Source of the DNA: Somniosus microcephalus | Taxonomy: Eukaryota | Direction: 5' to 3' | Assembly (NCBI GenBank): GCA_052327205.1 | Contig: CM126212.1 | Span: 221,464,001 to 221,528,000 of the forward strand | DNA length: 64,000 nucleotides | Shown here: positions 12,863 through 24,194 of the stretch, one piece after another | How the letters are laid out: the number at the start of each line of letters is the position of its first letter | How positions within the stretch are numbered: position 1 is the stretch's first letter | Position numbers and translations under genes: made by a program | The notes under the pieces: generated by a model | Databases searched by the model: none | Told to the model about the DNA's origin: nothing | The model's input: only the letters and a program-made list of their open reading frames with translations

Positions 12863-13192
12863 TGGAATGTAGGAACAGGAGCGGGCCATTCAGCCCCTCG
12901 AGCCTGTTCCGCCATTCAATGAGATCATGGCTGATGTGTGTCCTAACTCCATATATCCGTCTTGGCTCCATATCCCTTAATACCCCCGGCTAGCAAAAAT
13001 CTATCGATCTCGGATTTAAAATTATCAATTGAGCCAGCATCTACTGCTGTTTGTGGGAGAGAGTTCCACACTTCTACCACCCTTTGCGTGTAGAAGTGTT
13101 TCCTAACTTCTCTCCTGAATGGCCTGGCTCTGGTTTTAAGGGTACCTCCCCTTGTCCTCGACTCCCCCACCAGCAGAAAAGGTTTCTCTCTC
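12863..13192 (-). mobile_element. CR1 LINE 3' end
   Basis: ORF 12943-13170 FYTQRVVEVWNSLP and CR1 3' UTR. Confidence 0.85.
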
Positions 13193-13450
13193 TCTCGAAT
13201 TTGCTACCAACCAGACGATATCCTAACTTCTCTGATCTGACACGCCAAGCCTGACAGTTTTCAAGTTCCTCACAACTACAAAGGAACAGGACCCTTGAGT
13301 AATTAGCTTGCTCGCCACCAATGTTACAGGGAGCTGAAACCTCTGAGAAAGACCTATAGCTACTTTTATGTTACTAATAGTGCACCCAAGGGCAAAAGTG
13401 CACTCCTCCTACTGTTAGCTGGCCTTGCAAATATAAAAGACCCGGGGGGT

Positions 13451-14326
13451 GGGGGAAATTCAGTTGATTAGCGCCTCCCGTTAGCGCCCTAAGAGGGCGT
13501 TAACGGGGCGCAAAGCTACTAGCGCCCGGGCGCAACAATGTTTCCGCCGCTCGCGAAATTGACCAGACATTTTGCAGCGGCGCTAAACACTACCGCCACG
13601 ATCTCCTGCGCCCGCAGATCATGACGTCAGTCGAGCATGCAACGCCCCGGTAGCGCCCCGGACCAGATATTGTGCCACGCTCCCTGCCTTTCCGCCTGCC
13701 GCTAGCAACGACAGGTAGAGGGGAGCATTTTGCAGTCGGGAAGGGGCTGGGGGAGCGCTATTTAAAGGCGGCCGCTTCCTGCCTTTTTTTGTCGGCGACA
13801 TTTTTGCACCACGCATTCTGAGAGAGAGAGAGACATCTGGAGAGATTCAACGCTGTGTGTAGGAGTTTTGGGTACTGAGCAGCACTTTGCAGGTTCACTT
13901 TGATTTGACCTTCCTTACATCGATTTAGAAGAGACTATGGGGGCTGCACTCTGAGCTCTTTCCCCGGGCCTCTCCTTTGTTCTTTCTAGCAGATTTGATG
14001 TACAGGTCTCTCCAGGCCGAGATTCAAGGCTGCAATGAGCAGGGTGTGGCTGGAGAGCAAGATCAACCCTTCCCTTTAAGAACTGGCCGGCGCCAGTGTG
14101 TCTGTATTCCATCACATGAGCTTCGCCAGCGCTCTGATGTAGCGCCTCGCTCCTCGGCGTTAGCGCCTTAAGAGAGGTGTGTAGTGCCTGATTTAGCGCT
14201 CCAATCACCTCCAGGGGTGATAGAGGCCAAGTTTGCAGTCGGAGGCGATAATTAGCGCCAGGCGCTAAACTTTGCGCCCGGCCAATAATTGCACCCCAAA
14301 CGGGGCGATACCGAATTTCTCCCCCC
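13451..14326. mobile_element. Harbinger-like MITE
   Basis: TIRs gggggaaattc / gaatttctcccccc; many subterminal TAGCGCC/GGCGCTA motifs. Confidence 0.65.
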
Positions 14327-15007
14327 TGACCTATTCTGCTGGCAACACTGCCCCACTTTCCACTAAAAATTCAGAGCCAGTTTAGAGCAACTGGTATCAT
14401 GACAGTAGTAGCACCAAAAACGTTCGGATTGATACAGAAACCCGTAATGATGTCAAAGCACTGCGTGCATGCACAGAAAACGAGCTCTGTAATCCTGGTC
14501 AGCGTCTTCCAGTCACCATTGCAGGCAGAGACACGAAACCTGGTGCCGTGGTGCTCTCCTGAAATCACGGCATGGTAAAAGCAGGTGATTGAAGCCTCGG
14601 TCAGTTGTCTGATGTGTCTCTGGATATTGTGAGGTTCTTGAACTGGAGGATTTTCAAAGATCAGATGCAGACTTTGATGCCAAAACAGCAACAACAACAA
14701 AAAATCGCAAAATAGGTTCAGATAAAAAAAAAACACTTCAGCTCGTTTAATTTCATTCTCCCAGATTAGTCGATTTCACCCCCCCCCCCCCCCAATGCTT
14801 TGAAGGCCTGATTATTGCATATTCTCAAAACCGAAGGCTGCTCCTGCTAGCGGTCAGTGTGCGAGGCCTTAAAGCACTGTGGCTGATACATAATCGCCAC
14901 CTCATTCACTTGAGCACAGTTCGCCAGAGCAGAAGAACAACCATATATCTAAAAAAAATCAAAAACTCATGTCCCGCCAGACTAACATGAATAAACCAGA
15001 CATCAAC

Positions 15008-15470
15008 ACTCAAGAAGCTCGACACCATCCAGGACAAACCAGCCCGCTTGATCGGCACCCTCATCTACCACCTTAAAAACATTCACTCCCTCCACCACCA
15101 GCGCACCGTGGCTGCAGTGTGTACCATCTACATGATGCACTGCAGCAACTCACCAAGGCTTCTTCAGCAGCACCTCCCAAACCTGCGACCTCTTCCGCCT
15201 AGAAGGACAAGGGCAGCAGGCGCATGGGAACACCACCACCTCCAAGTTCCCCTCCAAGTCACACACCATCCTGACTTGGAAATATATCGGCCGTTCCTTC
15301 ATCATCGCCGGGTCAAAATCCTGGAACTCCCTCCCTAACAGCACTGTGGGAGTACCTTCACCACACGGACTGCAGCGGTTCAAGAAGGCAGCTCACCACC
15401 ACCTTCTCGAGGGCAATTAGGGATGGACAATAAATGCTGGCCTTGCCAACAAACGCCCATAAATAAAGAA
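15008..15470 (+). mobile_element. LINE 3' end (CR1/L2 group); second copy at 20464-20782
   Basis: Peptides HSLHHQRTVAAVCTIY and SFIVAGSKSWNSLPNSTV; shared 3' end aaatgctggccttgcc. Confidence 0.8.
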
Positions 15471-16007
15471 AAACCATATATGTTATTAATAATTTAATGT
15501 GTAAATAATAAGCTCAGCTGGTTTGACTCCAGATTTTATTCATTGAGATGACCAAAGGGGCTTTGGGAAGCGGCAAGTGATCTCACAGCAGGCTCTAGTT
15601 ACACAAAGATCTAAGTATTGAAGCCACGCTGTAGGTTGGCAGCGTGTGTGCTGCCCACTGGAGCTCAGAGTTGTTAACGTACCACTGCATCAGGTGACTT
15701 TTGGCCCCAAAATCTCCACATTTAGGCAGTGACGCCCCTTTAAAAAACAGATTACTGGCACTAACAGCAAAAGAGAACCGCAAGCTGACATCGCTTCCCT
15801 CCACCCCCTTTGCTACTGTCACATCGTGTCCCACCTCTACCCAACAGTGCGCTTATTGTGAATTGATTGAAATGCAGGTCCCAGAACACAGACCTTTTCA
15901 GGTCCAGAATCAACGCCATTTTCTGAATTTGTGCCAAACACTTCACCCCTTCCATACAAATCAACTAAAGTTGGGAGTGAGGTCGTTTATGTTGGGTTCA
16001 TAGGACT

Positions 16008-16190
16008 TGTTATAAATCTCATCATTCATCAAGAAACTACTTGTGAAATAACGCTGGACGGCCAGCTGGTGGCGCCGTCCAAGGAGTATAAATACTCGGG
16101 CGTTGGCCACAGCTTTCCAGGGACATTTTGTAAGACAAGGAACTAGTGAAGTACAACTAGACCTCCATGTTCTGAAACAAGTTGATTAAA
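16008..16190 (+). mobile_element. LTR copy A, truncated at the ATTAAA signal
   Basis: Nearly identical to the first ~183 nt of solo LTR 17698-17927. Confidence 0.85.
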
Positions 16191-16191
16191 T

Positions 16192-16421
16192 TGACGTAAT
16201 AAAACTCACTATGCACTTGGTTTGAGCATAAAGCAAGGCTTAATCAACTTGTTTCAGAACATGGAGGTCTAGTTGCACTTCACTAGTTCCTTGTCTTACA
16301 AAATGTCCCTGGTAAGCTGGGGCCGACGCCCGAGTATTTATACTCCTTGGACGGCGCCACCAGCTGGCCGTCCAGCGTTATTTCACGAGTAGTTTCTTGA
16401 TGAATGATGAGATTTATAACG
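16192..16421 (-). mobile_element. LTR copy B, full length, inverted
   Basis: Reverse complement of 17698-17927; forms a foldback with copy A. Confidence 0.85.
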
Positions 16422-16813
16422 ACTCAAGATGCGAGCAGCCACCAAGGTATTGGTTATTTAAAGATAAAGGGGGAGGGGGGTAATTTTTCAAGTAGCATTG
16501 GTGGGGGCAGGGTTGAAGCTTGCTCGCCACCAGCATGTATCCAAACATCGAAGGCATGGGCACATACTCGGAAAATCACCCCTTAGGAACCATCTTTCAG
16601 CTGTAAACTTTAAACAAAAGCACTGGTATACAAATGTGTTTTCGAAATCGAGAGGTTAATTTAAGCTCAATTAAATTTCAAAAAGACCAGACAGGTTTCT
16701 CAGAGGTTTGCAATTCTCACCATTCTTGATATCTGTTCCCCTATTCTGTCTTTAGCGAGAATAACCACCTTGCTTATGCAGCCAATGCTGAAATGCTTTG
16801 TTCTCTCTCCCAG

Positions 16814-16888
16814 GGTGAAGCATCCGAACATATTACAGCTGGTGGACGTCTTTGAAACGCGCAAGGAATATTTCATTTTTCTGGAACT
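16814..16888 (+). CDS. CAMKV: CAMKV coding exon, 75 nt, phase 2-2
   Basis: ttctctctcccag acceptor, GTAAGT donor. Translates (M)VKHPNILQLVDVFETRKEYFIFLE(L), in frame with the previous exon. Confidence 0.96.
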
Positions 16889-17324
16889 GTAAGTTAACAT
16901 ACAACACAAGAGAATGTGAAGGCTAGGGTGGGGTTAAGCTGGCGTCTGTTTTACCAAAATCACTGGATATTTCCGGTGCGAAAGCCTGTTTACACCGGAG
17001 TGCAAAGGAGTTTTGTTGTGTTTGTGAGTGCACGCTCTGGTCCTGGAACAGCCGCCTCTGAATACTCAATTTAAGTCTGTGATCTTGGCTGACTGGGGAA
17101 CTTTCCATTGAGTCAGAAGGCTGTGGGTTCAAGCCCCACTCCAGACAATGATCCACTTCCATATTATTTTCAAATGCATAAGTGGTAAAATAAAGATTGG
17201 GGGAAAAACATTCAGAAAACAAATTATAAAGTAGTAAGATAAACTATTTAAAAAAAAACTCCAAAGTGTCAAGGGGCTTAGGTAGACATCAGACATGCTT
17301 TAACTGTTCAGTAGCCTCTTTGAC

Positions 17325-17670
17325 ACTTCAGTGCAATACTGAGGGAGTGCTGCAGTGTCAGAGGTGCTAGCTTTCAGTTGAGAGGTGACTCCTGTCTGCC
17401 CTCTCAGGTGGGCAGAAAACGTCACGTGGCCCCATTCAGAGAAGAGCAGAGGAGTTCTCCCGGTGTCCTGGCCAATAAGTATCCCTTAAACAACATCACT
17501 AAAAAAAAAAATACCAGCTGATCTGGTCTTTTATTTCATTCCTGTTTGTGAGATCTTGCTGTGCGCAAATTGGCCGGCAGTTTCCCTACACTATAACAGT
17601 GTCTGTGCTTCAAAGACACTTCACTGACTGTGAATTGCTTTGGGCCATCCTGAGGTTGTGAAAGGTGCTT
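17325..17670 (+). mobile_element. Deu-domain SINE (SacSINE1-like), partial
   Basis: Core gaagagcagaggagttctcccggtgtcctggccaat and L2-like tail. Confidence 0.7.
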
Positions 17671-17697
17671 TCTACCCTGGACTTGAACTTAACATGG

Positions 17698-17927
17698 TGT
17701 TATAAATCTCATCATTCATCAAGAAACTACTTGTGAAATAACACTGGACGGCCAGCTGGTGGCGCCGTCCAAGGAGTATAAATACTCGGGCGTGGGCCCA
17801 GCTGTCCAGGGACATTTTGTAAGACAAGGAACTAGTGAAGTACAACTAGACCTCCATGTTCTGAAACAAGTTGATTAAAGCCTTGCTTTATACTCAAACC
17901 AAGTGCGTAGTGAGTTTTATTATGTCA
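17698..17927 (+). mobile_element. Solo LTR (copy C), 230 bp, with 5-bp TSD
   Basis: TG...CA termini, perfect CATGG duplication at 17693-17697 and 17928-17932, TATA box (gtataaata) and ATTAAA signal. Confidence 0.9.
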
Positions 17928-17932
17928 CATGG

Positions 17933-18720
17933 GTCTAAATGTTATGGGGGTACAAGTGATATAGCGGTTGGTGAATCGTGTAAAGCTGGGCCAAATTCCT
18001 TTCCAATAGTCCCAGCGGAGGTTTTTATTGGCGCTCACAATAGGTCTGGTTACTCCAGCATTGGTAAGCATCGGACAATGTTGACTATGTGGAAAGTTTT
18101 TCAATGCACTGCTTATAACTTGAAGTGGATGATGCCCAAAGGTCAACTCCATTTTGATCTGACTCTCACTACCCCCCAGGTGGTGATGGATGGTATTAGA
18201 ATCTCCAATGTAGAGGGCAGGGTTTGGGAGCGTAGGAAGAATATTTTACATAAGCCAGGGTTGGCGAGGAGGCTTTTACACATTCGTCACTCTGGTGACC
18301 AACTCTCGCAAAGGTCCTAATTAAATGGGAGTGGTTCCGTGGCCACAAGACCTGCTCTAACATCGGTAGTGCGGGCATATTTGCTATATGGATAGTAACT
18401 CACAAGCTCATAACCTTTTATGTGGAGGCAGCTGGCAGAAAGCGAGTCTCCTGAAGGCATGTTCCTCGTTCTGTTTGGACTAGAGAATGGAGCGTTTAGC
18501 AGCTGAGAGACCATCAACATTTTAGCTGAACGCTTCTCGGGGATTGTCCATTGTCCAGTGTTTCTTGATCATGGTTGAAATCGCTGAGATCACTTGAGAA
18601 TCCATGCTGGCCAGGACCTGAAAGATTCGACCGGCTGGCTGCAGCTTTGGTTTGGCTTGCCGAAGCAGGGTACTTACAGGGTATATGACAGCACCGCAGC
18701 CGCATTGCAACCCATCGTGC
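17933..18720 (-). mobile_element. Decayed Vingi/Ingi-like LINE, AP endonuclease region
   Basis: Across frameshifts the minus strand reads QL-NVDGLSAAKRSIL, CLQET, IKGYELVSYYPYSKYARTTDVR, NV*KPP...LPTLPNPALYIGDSN and RWDYWKGIWPSF. These match I/Ingi/Vingi-type endonuclease motifs. Confidence 0.65.
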
Positions 18721-18729
18721 ACCTGCAAC

Positions 18730-18797
18730 CAATGCGGTGCCCGTTACATGTGATTGCTTCAGGCGATCAGCAATCACATGTAACGGGCACCGCATTG
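18730..18797. repeat. Perfect 29-bp inverted repeat with 10-nt loop
   Basis: caatgcggtgcccgttacatgtgattgct / agcaatcacatgtaacgggcaccgcattg. Confidence 0.95.
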
Positions 18798-19324
18798 CAA
18801 ACCCCTTCCCAAATGTTGGCTCATTTAGCTTTAAGGGGTGTGACTTGCTGTCAGTAGTTGTGGTGTTTGCTTGCGGCTATTTTTGGACTACTTTGGTGTA
18901 CACTTGTTTATCTGTTAATATGTTACACTGCTCTGCTGACTTGCAAGTAATTAACTTTCAGACAGTTTTTTAAAGCTGGACCCCATCCGACTCTACAACT
19001 TGCTGCTAATTTGTTTGAAATTTTGAGCCAGTTCCTCCTTTAAGAGCAGGCGGCAAGCGTTGCTAGTGCTAGATATGCTGCTCCCTGCACCTTGTGTGCT
19101 CTAGTGCCCCATGCACTGACAGCACTGTTCTAATGGTTAAGTGAACTGCCTTTTCATTATGCCGTGAGGTCAGCTCAGTTCAATGCGTGGCACCGGAATG
19201 GCAGAGTTCCTGCATCCACTGTGCCAGGATCACATTATAAGAGACTTTGATCCCATCGGTCTAGGTTAGATGTTACGCTCATATCCAAAGCATAAAGCAT
19301 TACTAGGCCCTTCAGTTCTAACGA

Positions 19325-19628
19325 AGGAAAGAAAGACTTGCATTTCTATAGCGTCTTTCACAACCTCAGAGCGTCCCAAAGCACTTTACAGCCAATGAAG
19401 TACTTTTTGAAGTGGCGTCGCTGTTGTAATGTAGGAAACGCGGCAGCCAATTTACGCACAGCAAGCTCTCTCAAACGGCAATTAAATGAATGATTGCTCG
19501 AGGGATAAATATTAGCCAAGACTCCGAGGAAAAGCCCCCTGCCCTTCTTCGAATAGTGTGGTGGGATCTTTCACGCCCACAGAGGGGGCAGACAGTGCCT
19601 CGGTGTAACGTCTCGTATGAAAGTTGGC
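19325..19628 (-). mobile_element. Deu-domain SINE, partial
   Basis: Same family as 46135-46610. Confidence 0.75.
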
Positions 19629-19820
19629 ACGTCCCCCACCCCCGCTCCCCGTCAAAGATTTACCTGGGGATGAGAGCTAAATCTGCTCTGACTCGTAGCG
19701 TGTGGCTGTGTACAGCCACACGTTGGTGAGAACCAAGTCCCACAGTGCCAAACCCCTCAGTGAGAGCAATGACCACAAAGGAATATGGGAGGCTTTTGAA
19801 GCAGCACATTTACTGCAGGA

Positions 19821-22322
19821 TGTGACAGACTCTTGATGTATGGTTCATTGCAGGTTCAAAGTGCTTCTGATCCAACATCTTCTGTTGCTGTTTATCTTTC
19901 CTCTTAATTTTGTTTAAAAAAAGACCTTACTTTTGAGAAAACTGTGAATACCATTTTCAAATAGGGGAACACCATTTTGCTTTCTTTCCAAATTTCATTC
20001 TATGACACCAGCAGTTACTGTAAAAATCAGTTCTGAATTTTTGCCCCCCCTCCCCCCTCCCTCACCATCAATTCCTGCCGAGAATCTAAGCCCCAATCTG
20101 TTCAAATGCTTTTTCGTTTATCCTTATTAACATTCATTCCAGGATTGCTTGCGTTCGGAAATAAATTTCGGAATAGTGAGGTTTGCTGGAATCAGTGTTG
20201 CCATCCCGATCTCTTCGGATCTCTCCGAAGGTTTTTGTCACATCTATCTTGTTTCACATTAAATCCTGCTCACCCTTTAAACTGGTCCATGTTGACCGAC
20301 AGTGGCACTGTCACCCAATGCCTTCAATTTAAAATCTTCATCCTCATCTTTAAATAATCCCTCCATGGCCTCTGTAGCTTCCTCCAGCCTTATATTCCCC
20401 CCAACTGAGCACTCCATTCTTCTGACTCCAGCCTTTTTTTTAGCGTCAGTGGTAGCACTCCCAAAGCACCTCCCAAACCCGCAACCTCTTCCACCTAGAA
20501 GGACAAGGGCAGCAGGTGCATGGGAACACCATCACCTCCAAGTTCCCCTCCAAGTCACACACCAGCCTGACTTGGAAGTATATCGGCCGATCCTTCATCG
20601 TCGCTGGGTCAAAATCCTGGAACTCCCTCCCTAACAGCACCGTGGCAGTACCTTCACCACACGAACTGCAGCGGTTCAAGAAGACGGCTCACCACCACCA
20701 CCTTCTCAAGGGAAATTAGGGATGGGCAATAAATGCTGGCTTTGCCAGCGAGACCCACACCCCATGAACGAATAAAAAAAAAACTCTCACCTCCGAACTA
20801 GAAGGTTGTGGGTTCAAGCCCCACTCTAGAGACTTGAGCACAAGATCTAGGCTGACACTCCAGCACAGTACTGAGGGAGTGCTGCATTGTTGGAGGTGCC
20901 GCCTTTTGGATGGGACACTGGGGCCTAACTTCATTAGCGCCCCCAAACCGGGCACCAATCTGGCGGCGCACAGCGACGCCCAATCTAAATCATCGTCATA
21001 ACTCAGGCAAGCTACAGGCGCCAATCAGGTGTCCCGATACAGCCCGCCTGCCTGAGCCTTACCAATTTCGACTGGCACCGAGGCCCCAGGTAAATCTTTG
21101 GCAGGGGATTGGGGGGGGGGGCGGGTGGAACATAGAAACATAGGGGTAAGAATGGTCAGGTAGCAGCCCACACTTGTTTTGTGGAGCCTGGAGGATCACT
21201 TCACTCCTGCTCCCTCTGGCTCCACAAAAAACCTTTTGGAAATTGTGAGGCTTCTTTTTGCCCCAGCGGTCCCTACGGATCACTGGTGAGTCAGCTCAAG
21301 ACTAGTGTAAACATATTTAGGAGTCGGGGTATGAATTGGGCACAGAGGCTTCATTTCCATATTGGAATGGAGCCTGTGCTCATTCCGCCTAAAATAAAAA
21401 ATGGCCTCCAAACCAATTTAGCAGTGGCCCGAGCCGCCTTTTCCGATCGAGAGCGGTCCTCTGCAATGCTAAATTGGTTGTCATTGCAGCTGTGTTCCAG
21501 CTGTAAAATCGGAGCAACAGCATTGCCGATCATGAGCTGGAGGTTAGACTATGTCATACATCATTGGACGATGATACTCAATATTACCCGCTTAATTTGG
21601 TGTCAAATTCGCACAGGTGCGATTGACATAAAGGCAGGTTTGAAATAGGTCATATAAAAATAATTGGCAAAATGATCAGGCGTCAGCTATTGCCACAGCG
21701 TGGGCGTCCTTTCACTGGATATGCTCGGGGCCCCTGACTGGCTCAGGGCCTCGTGCAATTGCATGGTCCCCACACCGCTCCTGCTCTCGCAGTTGGGATG
21801 TCGTGGCCAGCTTTCTCTGCGAATAGGCATCAGACCCGGGCTGTCTTAAAATAAATCTTCAAGCAGAAACGTACCTGAAAGTGGCTGGCTGCTCCAGACA
21901 GTCCCACATCAATTCAGTTCGGTCGAGAGGTTTTTTTTTTAAGTTGGAGAGGGTGCAGAAGAGATTTTCCAGCATGGTACCAGGGATGAGGGTCTTCGGT
22001 TATGTGGCGAGATTGCAGAATGGATGTTAATAAGGTTAAGAAAAAAAAGCATTTGAACAGATTGGGGCTTAATTTCTCAGCCGGAATTGAGGGGGATGGG
22101 GGCAAAAATTCAGAACTCATTTTTACAGTGGAATGAAATTTGTAAAGAAAACAAAATGGCGTCCCCCCGATTTGGAAATGGTATTCACAGTTTTCTTAAA
22201 AGCAAGGTTTTCTTTTTTTTTTAATGTAAGAGGAAAGGAAACAGTGACAGAAGATGCTGTCTCAGAAGCAATTTGAACCTGCAATGAATCTGCAATGAAT
22301 CATACATCAAGAGTCTGTCACA
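19821..22322. repeat. Long inverted repeat, arms 19821-20139 and 22018-22322
   Basis: Arms align throughout (tgtgacagactcttgatgtatg... / ...catacatcaagagtctgtcaca) with moderate divergence. Confidence 0.88.
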
Positions 22323-22344
22323 GAGAAGGTTAAGGGGAGATCTA

Positions 22345-23056
22345 ATGACGTATTGTGTACAGTTTTGGTCTCCTTACCTGAGGAAGGATACATTTGCCGT
22401 AGTGAGGGTGCAACAATAGTTCACTAGGCTGATTCCTGGGATGGAGGGATTGTCCAAAGATTACATAGAAACATAGAAGGTAGGAGCAGGAGTAGGCCAT
22501 TCAGCCCCTCGAGCCTGCTCCGCCATTCAATGCGATCATGGCTGATCATCCAAATTCAGTACCCTGTCCCTGCTTTCTCCCCATATCCCTTGATCCCTTT
22601 AGCCTTAAGAAATATAACTAACTCCTTCTTGAGTAGACTAGGCCTATATTCCCTAGAATTTAGAAGAATGAGAGGTGATCTCATTGAAACATATGAAATT
22701 CTTATAGGCTTGACATGGTAGATGCAGGGAGGATGTTTCCCCTGTCTGGGGAGTCTAGAACACGGGGTCACAGTCTCAGAATAAGGGGTCGGCCATTTAG
22801 GACTGAGATGAGGAGAAATTTCTTCGCTCAAAGGGTTGTGAATCTTTGGAATTTTCTACCCCAGAGGGCTGTGGAGGCTCAGTCGTTGAGTATGTGCAAG
22901 ACAGAGATCGATAGATTTTTGGATATTAAGGGAATCGAGGGACATGGGGATAGTGCGGGAAGGTGGAGTTGAGGTAGAAGATCATCTTATTGAATGGCGG
23001 AGCAGGCTCGAAGGGTCGAATGGCCTACTCCAGCTCCTATTTCTTATGTTCTTATG
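22345..23056 (+). mobile_element. CR1 3' fragment interrupted by an antisense young CR1 tail (22463-22630)
   Basis: Outer element continues across the insert (…gggattgtcc | ttgagtagactagg…); ORF 22715-22972. Confidence 0.85.
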
Positions 23057-23537
23057 TCCCACTACCACAGGGATGCTCGCTGCACCACCCCCGTGCTTCC
23101 TGCTGCTCTGTGGTGTTGCTTTGACAATGTGATACCACCCTATGGAAAGGCTGACTTTTCCCTCACTGGTGTTTTTGCTACTCAAGTGTTAGAAAAAGAA
23201 AAATAACCGCAGCAATACGAGTGGAAGTTGATTTCGGTAGTTATCTTGCATTCCCTGACTCGGCAAGAATGCCCGCCCACTGGGAGCAATATCATTTGTG
23301 ATGGCAGAGTTGTCCTGAAGCATAGATCCGAGCTCCCCTGCCGCGATAATCTAATTGCAAGGCCACGGGCCAAGATCCAAGCTTGCAGCTAAGTGTGAGA
23401 GGAGACCATTCAGTATAAAGCAGCACATGCCTCCCAGCAGGATTCACAGTTGCTGCTAATGTGACCTCACACTCCTCACTGCAGGGCTGCAACTCTTAAA
23501 GCAGCAATGTGCAATAATTGGCCGTGTTGAATCAAAG

Positions 23538-23882
23538 AATCATAGAATAGTACAGCACAGAAGGAGGCCATTCAGCCCATCGAGTCTGTGCCGGCTCTTT
23601 CGAAGAGCAATCCAGTTAGTCCCACTCCCTCCCCCGCTCTCTCCCCATATCCCTGCAATTTTTTCTCCTTCAAGTATTTATCCAATTCCCTTTTGAAGGC
23701 TACAATTGAATCTGTATCCATCGACCTATCAGGCAGCACATTCCAAATCCTAACCACTCGTTGCGTAGCAATGTTTTTCCCCATGTCGCCTCTGGTTCTT
23801 TTGCCAATCACCTGAAATCTGTGCCCTCTGGTTATCGACCCTTCAGCCATTGGAAACAGTTTCTCTTTATTAACTCGATCCA
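23538..23882 (-). mobile_element. CR1 LINE 3' end
   Basis: ORF 23572-23883. Confidence 0.88.
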
Positions 23883-24194
23883 AAATAAAAGTACATCATA
23901 GTATTTTGATAATACGGGTTATTTACCATTTTGGCTAACAAAGTTTACAAATTTGCTATTTTAAAATCTGAAGTTGTTAAGTCTGGTCCTTGTCAACTCT
24001 ACATCCCTACCTGCCTTCTCAGCACATACCTAAATCCTTTCTCCAGAAGCAGGTCTACAGTAGCTACTTCATTAATCTATTTATATTATTCACTTCAATA
24101 CCTTCCCTGGTAACTTATTCCACTAAGTCCATTACCCTTTTGGGGAAGAAAGTTTTATTTGGCATTCCTTCTTACTCTTAATTTCCTAGTTTTG

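Noticed and set aside
16008-18720. DIRS-type element with inverted LTRs
   Set aside because: No tyrosine recombinase or RT. Copy C has TG..CA ends and a 5-bp TSD typical of integrase-using LTR elements.
18514-18795. 2A-like peptide upstream of the Vingi-like endonuclease
   Set aside because: SNLSGP does not match the D(V/I)ExNPGP consensus.
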